In this document: positions 8,433 through 15,159 of the stretch, in pieces | Position numbering within the stretch: position 1 is the first letter of the stretch | Layout: every line of letters starts with the position of its first letter | Assembly: GCA_035390665.1 (NCBI GenBank) | Contig: DAOOUC010000005.1 | Span: 23,875 to 55,874, forward strand | Length of the DNA stretch: 32,000 bases | Direction: 5' to 3' | Source of the DNA: an archaeon | GTDB lineage: Archaea; Iainarchaeota; Iainarchaeia; Iainarchaeales; CSSED10-239 | Program-made: the position numbers and the translations under genes | The notes under the pieces: model-generated | Told to the model about the DNA's origin: nothing | Databases searched by the model: none | Seen by the model: the letters and a program-made list of their open reading frames with translations, nothing else

Positions 8433-9209
8433 ATGCCAATCAAACCCAGAAAAAGACCAATTAAAGTAGTTGAAGAAACAATAAGTAAAAATCCTCATCT
8501 TGAACACAGTTTTATAAAAAGAAGTAGATGTGAAATAGAAGACGTAACTAGAGATAATACACCTACTGAAACATATTTTGACAAAAAAAAAATGATAGAA
8601 TATGAATTAAAGACCTTAATTATGGGCGGATCACTTTACACAATACACACGCATCCAAAAACAAATATTTTAGATATGCTTCCAAGTATTATCGACATCG
8701 TTCCTTCTGAGCGATCAAATGTAATTTATGTTCACGAAGGTAAAAAAATTGGGGGGCAAGTGCATTTTAATTTAAAAAAAAAAGCACGCAGTTCTTTTGA
8801 AAATTTTACAAAAAAAATTAATAAAACAAGGAATCAATTGAGAGAACTTGGAATTGGTGGAAGAAATCATGTTGCTTCTGAAGTACAAAAACATTTTGAA
8901 CACGAGGCGTATAGAGTTGATTTAGTAAATGAATTATTAAGTAGAGAAACTGGGCGAAATTATTTTAAGGGACAGAAAGCCACTCTTCAATCAACAAGAT
9001 ATAATTCTGAATTTATGGATTTCTGTTTAAGAAACAGATTATTTAATCCAGATGAAATTATTAATTATTTCAAATATAAACATTTGTTTTTTGATAATAA
9101 AAAAACAATGGAAATGTATGAGTTGCTGGGAATACAATTTAGATTTGTACCTAATAAATATAGAGGATACAGATTTGATCCTAAAACTGTTGATTTTATA
9201 AAAAAGTGA
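8433..9209 (+). CDS. hypothetical protein with a possible divergent JAB/MPN (JAMM-like) motif
   Basis: 258-aa ORF lying 3 nt after rfcL and 6 nt before ABCE1. It contains IHTHPKTNILDMLPSIID, i.e. HxH-x10-S-x-x-D against the canonical HxH-x7-S-x-x-D. Otherwise unrecognised. Confidence 0.55.
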   Translation: MPIKPRKRPIKVVEETISKNPHLEHSFIKRSRCEIEDVTRDNTPTETYFDKKKMIEYELKTLIMGGSLYTIHTHPKTNILDMLPSIIDIVPSERSNVIYVHEGKKIGGQVHFNLKKKARSSFENFTKKINKTRNQLRELGIGGRNHVASEVQKHFEHEAYRVDLVNELLSRETGRNYFKGQKATLQSTRYNSEFMDFCLRNRLFNPDEIINYFKYKHLFFDNKKTMEMYELLGIQFRFVPNKYRGYRFDPKTVDFIKK

Positions 9210-9215
9210 TGAGAT

Positions 9216-10994
9216 ATGGCAAAAAACATTAGAATCGCAATACTTGATAAAGACAAGTGCCAACCAAAGAGTTGTAATTATCTTTGTAAAAATCTTTGTC
9301 CTGGTGTACGAATGGGTGAAGAAACAATTGTTCTTGAACCACCAAATATCTATCCAATAATTGACGAATCTCTTTGTACTGGTTGCGGAATTTGCCAGAA
9401 TCGTTGCCCACAAAAAGCAATTTCAATTATTAATATTGGAATGGAACTTGATAATCCACTTCATCAATATGGAAAAAATCAATTTAGATTGTTTTCTTTA
9501 CCAACTCTAGAAAAGGGATTTATTACAGGAATCATTGGAAGAAATGGTGCAGGTAAAACTACCGCTCTTAATATCCTTTCAGGAAATCTTATTCCTAATT
9601 TTGGAAATTATAATGAAAAAGGATCTATGGAAAAAACACTTGAATATTTTAGAGGTAAAGCAATCTATAATCATTTTGATGACTTAAAAGATAAGAAAAT
9701 TAATGTTGCATATAAGATTCAAAAAGTAGAAGACATCCCTAAAGTTTTTAATAAAACAATTGGGGAACTTATTAATACAATATCAAAAGATGAAATAGAG
9801 AAAGAAAAAATAATAAAAGAATTAGAACTTGACAAATTATTAAATAAAACACCAAAAGAAATTTCTGGTGGAGAACTTCAAAGAGTTGCAATCGCTTCCA
9901 CTCTTTTAAAGAATGCAAATCTTTATTTCTTTGATGAATATACTACCTTTTTAGATATCAAACAAAGATTTAGAATAGCTAAAATTCTAAGACAAAAGAT
10001 TAATGAAAACAATTCTATGCTTTTAATTGAACACGATCTTGCAATCTTAGATTACATAAGTGATTTTACACATGTCTTCTTTGGGCAAAAACAAGCCTAT
10101 GGTATTTCTTCAAACAAAAAGACCACAAAAAAAGGAATAAATGAATTCTTAGATGGTTTCTTAAAAGAAGAAAACATTAGAATCAGAACATATAATATTG
10201 TTTTTAATAACACACAAGACAAGGGAATTACAAAAAATCAAGAATACTTCAAATATCCTGAATTTACAAAAACTCTTGGAAGTTTTAAACTAATTGCGAA
10301 AGAAGGGGTTGTAAAAAAAGGAGAAGTTATTGGAATACTCGGCCCAAATGCTATTGGCAAAACCACATTTATTAAAACAATTGCTGGAATTGAAAAGGCA
10401 GATACCACAGATGTTGATCTTAAACTTAAAGTGTCTTATAAATCACAATATATAGATATTGATCAAGAAAAAACAGTAAGAGATATCTTTATGGAAAAAG
10501 AAATTGATCAAGAAATATTATCTTTAGAATTAAAAAGACAATTTGAACTTGAACCACTTTATGATCAAAAGATATCTGAACTTAGTGGTGGAGAACTTCA
10601 AAAGGTAGCAATCGCTTATTGTCTTTCAAAAACTGCTGATATTTATCTTATTGATGAACCTAGTGCATTTTTAGATGTTGAACTTAGACTTATTGTTTCA
10701 ACTGCAATAAAAAACATCATAACAAAAACAGAGAAATGTGCATTTGTTGTTGATCATGATCTTTTGTTATTAGATTATATTTCTGATAGAATACTTCTGT
10801 TTACAGGTGAGTGTGGAAAAACAGGAAATGCTGAAAAAATACTTGATATTCAAGAAGCATTTAATAGATTTTTAAAAGAAGAAGAACTAACATTTAGACA
10901 AGATCCAGAAACTAAAAGACCAAGAGCAAACAAACCAGATTCACAAAAAGACAAAGAACAGAAAAAAGAAAATAAATATTATTACACAATGTAA
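9216..10994 (+). CDS. abce1: ABCE1 / RNase L inhibitor-type ribosome recycling ATPase
   Basis: N-terminal FeS domain (CQPKSCNYLCKNLCP and CTGCGICQNRCP). Two ABC cassettes: GRNGAGKTT and GPNAIGKTT Walker A, two SGGELQ(R/K)VAIA signatures, and FFDEYT/LIDEPS Walker B. Confidence 0.95.
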   Translation: MAKNIRIAILDKDKCQPKSCNYLCKNLCPGVRMGEETIVLEPPNIYPIIDESLCTGCGICQNRCPQKAISIINIGMELDNPLHQYGKNQFRLFSLPTLEKGFITGIIGRNGAGKTTALNILSGNLIPNFGNYNEKGSMEKTLEYFRGKAIYNHFDDLKDKKINVAYKIQKVEDIPKVFNKTIGELINTISKDEIEKEKIIKELELDKLLNKTPKEISGGELQRVAIASTLLKNANLYFFDEYTTFLDIKQRFRIAKILRQKINENNSMLLIEHDLAILDYISDFTHVFFGQKQAYGISSNKKTTKKGINEFLDGFLKEENIRIRTYNIVFNNTQDKGITKNQEYFKYPEFTKTLGSFKLIAKEGVVKKGEVIGILGPNAIGKTTFIKTIAGIEKADTTDVDLKLKVSYKSQYIDIDQEKTVRDIFMEKEIDQEILSLELKRQFELEPLYDQKISELSGGELQKVAIAYCLSKTADIYLIDEPSAFLDVELRLIVSTAIKNIITKTEKCAFVVDHDLLLLDYISDRILLFTGECGKTGNAEKILDIQEAFNRFLKEEELTFRQDPETKRPRANKPDSQKDKEQKKENKYYYTM

Positions 10995-11498
10995 TTATGG
11001 GTGCGACAAGTTATAATCAATTTGATTAACTCCTGGGGTGCCGCTCTTTACTGTAACTTTACAATATCCGGAAGATGGGATTGTATCTACTGTTTTTTTT
11101 TCTAAATTTAATTTTCTCTCTACTCTTGTGCTTGTGTTACTTGAATTAGAATCACATATTATTGTTATTTGCCCACTATTACAAACCCCTGAATTACAGA
11201 TTATATTTATGTTTTCATAAGAACAATTTACTCCAGAAGTTTTGTTAAATTTCATTTTTAATGTTGTTAAATAGGATTCAATTCTAGAAGTAATGTTTGT
11301 TGTATTACAATTAACAAAGGCCTGATCTGCTAAGGCATCAGAAACTGCATATTCTGTTAAAAGTGCTAATTGATCTGCTTGAACTAAAACATTTGGTGTG
11401 GAAACTGTGGTTTTATTGGTTGCTACAGGAAATAACAACACTAGCATTACCAATACAAAAAATAATTCAAATAAACCTTTTTGTTCCATAACCTTCAC
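10995..11498 (-). CDS. class III signal peptide (type IV pilin-like) protein, Cys-rich and sequon-rich
   Basis: The N-terminus MKVMEQKG|LFELFFVLVMLVLLF has a short basic leader, a Gly, then a hydrophobic helix. The mature part has 6 Cys and many N-x-S/T sequons. It overlaps the upstream pilin-like gene by 32 nt, and its stop abuts the ABCE1 stop. Confidence 0.6.
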   Translation of the reverse strand: MKVMEQKGLFELFFVLVMLVLLFPVATNKTTVSTPNVLVQADQLALLTEYAVSDALADQAFVNCNTTNITSRIESYLTTLKMKFNKTSGVNCSYENINIICNSGVCNSGQITIICDSNSSNTSTRVERKLNLEKKTVDTIPSSGYCKVTVKSGTPGVNQIDYNLSHP

Positions 11499-11760
11499 AG
11501 TATTCTTTTTTTCCTATTGCGCTTTGAGAAGCACTATCTTGATCTGGATCATAAATTAAATGTACTGTACACCATTTTGTTTCTGAAGAAGATGTTTCAT
11601 TTGATTGCCCATTAATGAATTTTATAATATTCTGTCCATAATTATTTATTTTTTCTGTATATGCTGGTTTATTATAAACAAAAAGATATAAACTAAAAAA
11701 CATTATTACTAAAGCAACAAAAAATATGGCAGTCATTGAGAAAATAAAACCTTTTTTCAT
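11467..11760 (-). CDS. class III signal peptide (type IV pilin-like) protein, small
   Basis: N-terminus MKKG|FIFSMTAIFFVALVIMFFSLYLF. 97 aa with 2 Cys. The start lies 1 nt after the stop of the upstream pilin-like gene. Confidence 0.6.
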   Translation of the reverse strand: MKKGFIFSMTAIFFVALVIMFFSLYLFVYNKPAYTEKINNYGQNIIKFINGQSNETSSSETKWCTVHLIYDPDQDSASQSAIGKKEYCEGYGTKRFI

Positions 11761-11761
11761 A

Positions 11762-12268
11762 TTAATTTGCCCTCCATATTTTTAATGTCCCTTCTTTTTC
11801 TGTTAACCAAGAACATCCTGATTTTATACAATCCAGATATTCTGATTTGCTTTCTTCGGTATTTGGACACGATCCAATTGTAAAATCAATCTCATATATG
11901 TCTCCAGTTGTGGGAACAACCGAATTACATTGATTTGAAGATAATGTAATACCTGAAAGATTACAATTATAATCAGATGGTATTGCTAAATTCTCTTTAG
12001 TTATTGTAGAATTTGTTTTTATGGTTCCTGGGATAAAAAAATTCTGTTGAGGTCCATCTGTTACATAGCATCCATTTTGACCATTGTTCATTAGCATAGT
12101 ATAGGATAAATTCCCAATTCTATTTAATTTTTCTATTTCTCTTTGAGAATTAGAATTATAAATCTCAACTTCAGAAATTTTAAATACAATTAAAAATGCT
12201 AAAATAATTAAAGCAACTGCAAATAAAACATCTAAGACAATCATCTGCCCTTTATTATTTAATCTCAT
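11762..12268 (-). CDS. class III signal peptide (type IV pilin-like) protein
   Basis: N-terminus MRLNNKG|QMIVLDVLFAVALIILAFLIVF with Gln at +1. The mature domain has 6 Cys and several N-x-S/T sequons. Confidence 0.65.
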   Translation of the reverse strand: MRLNNKGQMIVLDVLFAVALIILAFLIVFKISEVEIYNSNSQREIEKLNRIGNLSYTMLMNNGQNGCYVTDGPQQNFFIPGTIKTNSTITKENLAIPSDYNCNLSGITLSSNQCNSVVPTTGDIYEIDFTIGSCPNTEESKSEYLDCIKSGCSWLTEKEGTLKIWRAN

Positions 12269-12282
12269 TTTATTTACTCTCT

Positions 12283-12732
12283 TTAATTACATACGATTTT
12301 TTTATTTGCTGTATTAAATGTACAAACAATCTCATTACCGCACATTATTTCTGATGGCAAGGTAAAAGTTACCACCGGTAAAGAAACTCCATAATTATAG
12401 GAAACAACCCAATCACTATTTACATCAACTCTTATTGCTGTTTCAGACAAAGAAATCTTACATGGAATCCTTTTACTTGCTAAATCTATTGCGGGAATTT
12501 TATAACTAGATTGATAATTAATTATTTCATTTTGATGATAATTAATGATATTTTTTTGTAATTGTAAAAATTCATTTAAAGACAAAGCAATATCTTGTTC
12601 TTGTTCTTTAATTTTAGAAAGTTCTAAACTATAGACTGTTTGTTCTGCTAAAGTATTATAAACATAAATAAATGCAATAAGAAATAATACAACAATTAAT
12701 AATTCTATAGATATTTGACCTTTCTTAAACAT
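12283..12732 (-). CDS. class III signal peptide (type IV pilin-like) protein
   Basis: N-terminus MFKKG|QISIELLIVVLFLIAFIYVY, with G|Q-x-S-x-E resembling euryarchaeal EppA-type pilin N-termini. The mature domain has 4 Cys. Confidence 0.7.
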   Translation of the reverse strand: MFKKGQISIELLIVVLFLIAFIYVYNTLAEQTVYSLELSKIKEQEQDIALSLNEFLQLQKNIINYHQNEIINYQSSYKIPAIDLASKRIPCKISLSETAIRVDVNSDWVVSYNYGVSLPVVTFTLPSEIMCGNEIVCTFNTANKKIVCN

Positions 12733-12777
12733 ATTTATCTAATAAAAGAAAGAAAGAAATAGTTTTTAAACTTGTGT

Positions 12778-13047
12778 TTATACTAAAGTTGTAGAAATAG
12801 CTTCAATTTCATTTACGCCTGGTATTGCTTTTAAGAAATTTTCTTGTTTCTCTAAAAGACCATCTACTTTATCAGAAAATACATAAGAAACCATAACTAC
12901 ACTTAAACCAAAACCTATTGGCTCTAATGCTACTGAATTTAATCTAAATTCTTCTCCTGGAGAATTGTTTTTTAGATATTCTTGAATTTTTTCTGTATCT
13001 TCAACTTCTTCTGGAAATAATTTATAAACTGTTAAAACATGTCCCAT
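12778..13047 (-). CDS. ef1b: translation elongation factor aEF-1 beta
   Basis: 89 aa: MGHVLTVYKLFPEE..., EPIGFGLSVVMVSYVFSD..., and GVNEIEAISTTLV match the size and conserved blocks of archaeal EF-1beta. An AGGAG SD lies about 10 nt upstream. Confidence 0.9.
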   Translation of the reverse strand: MGHVLTVYKLFPEEVEDTEKIQEYLKNNSPGEEFRLNSVALEPIGFGLSVVMVSYVFSDKVDGLLEKQENFLKAIPGVNEIEAISTTLV

Positions 13048-13064
13048 TTAATATCTCTCCTAAC

Positions 13065-13220
13065 TTATGGTCCTATAAAACCACATTCTTTACATCTATA
13101 TGTTTTTGAGGTTGCTTTACATCTATTACATCTAATTACTTTTGTCTTACCACAAGATGGGCATTTAAATTGTGTGTAGTTTGTTGTAACCTCTTTATTA
13201 CATCCTGTACATTTATCCAT
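13065..13220 (-). CDS. small Zn-ribbon protein (the type usually found upstream of aEF-1beta)
   Basis: Not in the ORF track (51 aa). My translation is MDKCTGCNKEVTTNYTQFKCPSCGKTKVIRCNRCKATSKTYRCKECGFIGP*. It has four CxxC pairs, an AGGAG SD upstream, and ends 17 nt before ef1b. Confidence 0.8.
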   Translation of the reverse strand: MDKCTGCNKEVTTNYTQFKCPSCGKTKVIRCNRCKATSKTYRCKECGFIGP

Positions 13221-13269
13221 AATTTAACACTCCTTTTTTAAAAAACGAATTATTTAATAATTAAAGTCT

Positions 13270-13285
13270 TATATAAATATATATA
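13270..13285. promoter_or_regulatory. TATA-box-like tract, candidate bidirectional promoter core (tRNA-Arg on + strand, Zn-ribbon/ef1b on - strand)
   Basis: TATATAAATATATATA is centred about 28 nt upstream of tRNA position 1 and about 50 nt upstream of the divergent Zn-ribbon ATG. Assigned by position only. Confidence 0.4.
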
Positions 13286-13305
13286 GAAAGAATATTTTTA
13301 TAAAT

Positions 13306-13379
13306 GGGTTTGTAGCATAGCCTGGATAGTGCAACTGGCTTCGGACCTGTAGACGGGGGTTCAAATCCTCCCAAACCCG
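13306..13379 (+). tRNA. tRNA-Arg (anticodon UCG), no encoded CCA, no intron
   Basis: Cloverleaf folded by hand. Acceptor GGGTTTG/CAAACCC; D arm GCAT-AGCCTGGATA-GTGC; anticodon arm ACTGG-CTTCGGA-CCTGT with one T:T mismatch; 4-nt variable loop; T arm GGGGG-TTCAAAT-CCTCC; discriminator G. A T5 run follows. Confidence 0.85.
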
Positions 13380-13397
13380 TTTTTAAGAGGAAAAGTT

Positions 13398-14288
13398 ATG
13401 GCAATAACAAGAACATTAAAAGTTATTGGAAAAACTAGAAAACAAAGTCTTTTGGATAACCTTAACCGTAAATTAAAAAGAAGTAACTCTTCAGAAATCA
13501 TTACCAATAGAGAAATAACAAGAAAATATAAACAATATAGAACTACTTCTCAAAGAATAATACTACAAACTCAAAAAATGCTTGAAAGATTTTCAAAAGA
13601 ACCTAAATTAAAAGATGCACAATTTGTTTTCTTAGATAGAGATGCATTACCATATATGCATATATCTAGAGAACTTTGTCAACAATATGGCTTAAAAAGA
13701 GAACAATTTAAACCAGCAATAATTACAAAAAAAGCAGAAGAACAAATTGGTAGCATTCTTGATAAAATATATAAACACAAAGGAACTATTATTTCAATTA
13801 GTTCTAATGGAGAAGAAATAAGACAAATTGCAAGAAAAATTGAAAGAACTAGAGAAATAAAAAATTTGAAAAAAATTATTTCTGAAGAAATAGATTTAAC
13901 TAAACCTGTTGTTGTTATAGATAGTGGATATCAAGGAACAGCAGTAAAGAAATATCAAATATTATTAAAAGCAATTAATCCTGATATTCAAACATATTCT
14001 TCTATGTTTTTTACAAATTATTTTGCAAGCCTTAATACAGAATATGTAATACTTGATAAGAATGATCATCTTGGAAGCATTAAAGAAATTGAAAACGCAC
14101 CTAAATTTACAGGAAAATTATTAAAAACAGAAGAACGCAGAAAAACAATTACATTTAAAAGACAAAAAGAAAGTAGCCCAGATATTAATTTAATTGGTGG
14201 TTATCCTGAACAAGCTAATGCAGAAATATTTATGATTGCACTTAGAAACCAACTTGCAAGATATAAGAAAGAAAAAGGAATAAATTAA
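13398..14288 (+). CDS. orphan protein, tandem paralog A
   Basis: 296-aa ORF with an AAGAGG SD 7 nt upstream. Clearly paralogous to the next ORF, sharing blocks FVFLDRDALPYMHI, KPVVVIDSGYQGT and ANAEIFMIALRNQLARYKKEKGI. Family not recognised. Confidence 0.7.
   Translation: MAITRTLKVIGKTRKQSLLDNLNRKLKRSNSSEIITNREITRKYKQYRTTSQRIILQTQKMLERFSKEPKLKDAQFVFLDRDALPYMHISRELCQQYGLKREQFKPAIITKKAEEQIGSILDKIYKHKGTIISISSNGEEIRQIARKIERTREIKNLKKIISEEIDLTKPVVVIDSGYQGTAVKKYQILLKAINPDIQTYSSMFFTNYFASLNTEYVILDKNDHLGSIKEIENAPKFTGKLLKTEERRKTITFKRQKESSPDINLIGGYPEQANAEIFMIALRNQLARYKKEKGIN
14214..14281 (+). repeat. 68-nt block, copy 1 (3' end of paralog A)
   Basis: gctaatgcagaaatatttatgattgcacttagaaaCcaacttgcaagatataagaaagaaaaaggaat is 67/68 identical to 15085..15152. 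Confidence 0.9.
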
Positions 14289-14289
14289 T

Positions 14290-15159
14290 ATGGCAATTAC
14301 TAAAACTTTAAAGGTAATTGGAAGAACCAAAAGAGAAACATTATTAGAAAACTTAATTAGAAAACAAAAAAAATTCAGAGAAGTAGTTACAATTCCAGAA
14401 ATGAAAAAAAGAATAAATACAAAATATCGTCAATATAGAATTAATTCTAAAAAAATCATATTACAAACCGAAAATATGCTTTCTATCTTGTCTAAAGAAC
14501 CAACATTAAGAAATGCAGAATTTGTTTTTCTAGATAGAGATGCTTTGCCTTATATGCATATTGCTAGGGAACTTTGTAAAGAATATGGATTTAATAAAGA
14601 ACAATTTAAACCAATGCTTATAACCAGAGAAGCAGAAAATCACATAGATACAAAATTACATAATATTATAACACCTAAAGAATATGTTGCATTAAGATCA
14701 AACTCTACAGAATTAAAAACAATAGGCCATAAATTACCATTAACTCCGACCACAGAACATTTAAAACTATGGATTAAAAGAAATATAGATCTTAAAAAAC
14801 CAATTGTAGTAATAGATAGCGGGTATAATGGAACCTCTGTAAAAAGAATACAATTTTTATTAGCAGATATTAGTCCAGGAATTAAATCCTATTCTGCTAT
14901 GTTTTATGCAACAGAATTTGCTAAATCAAACATAGATTATTTCTTAGGAGATAAGTCCGCAGATGGTATTGAAACCATTGAAGGTGTGCCTAAATTTAAT
15001 GGGAAATTGCTTGAAATAAATAAAAATGGTAGAATAAAAAGAGAGAAAGAAACAAAAACAAGTACACGTGCGCCATCACAGCCAGCTAATGCAGAAATAT
15101 TTATGATTGCACTTAGAAATCAACTTGCAAGATATAAGAAAGAAAAAGGAATTTTATAA
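14290..15159 (+). CDS. orphan protein, tandem paralog B
   Basis: 289-aa ORF starting 1 nt after the paralog A stop. It shares the same conserved blocks. Its 3' end overlaps the convergent cca gene by 6 nt. Confidence 0.7.
   Translation: MAITKTLKVIGRTKRETLLENLIRKQKKFREVVTIPEMKKRINTKYRQYRINSKKIILQTENMLSILSKEPTLRNAEFVFLDRDALPYMHIARELCKEYGFNKEQFKPMLITREAENHIDTKLHNIITPKEYVALRSNSTELKTIGHKLPLTPTTEHLKLWIKRNIDLKKPIVVIDSGYNGTSVKRIQFLLADISPGIKSYSAMFYATEFAKSNIDYFLGDKSADGIETIEGVPKFNGKLLEINKNGRIKREKETKTSTRAPSQPANAEIFMIALRNQLARYKKEKGIL
15085..15152 (+). repeat. 68-nt block, copy 2 (3' end of paralog B)
   Basis: Same sequence as copy 1 with a single C/T difference. The flanks on both sides are diverged. 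Confidence 0.9.

Noticed and set aside
9039-9426. Minus-strand ORFs 9039..9413, 9065..9256 and 9229..9426 across the orphan/ABCE1 junction
   Set aside because: They overlap the ABCE1 FeS-domain coding region and the end of the 8433..9209 ORF. Their translations are low-complexity and contain no motifs. The ABCE1 call is unambiguous.
13306-15159. Orphan genes next to a tRNA as an integrated mobile element or provirus remnant
   Set aside because: No integrase or recombinase is present. I could find no direct repeat of the tRNA 3' half downstream (for example near 15160) and no other phage- or plasmid-like genes. The composition looks the same as the flanks.
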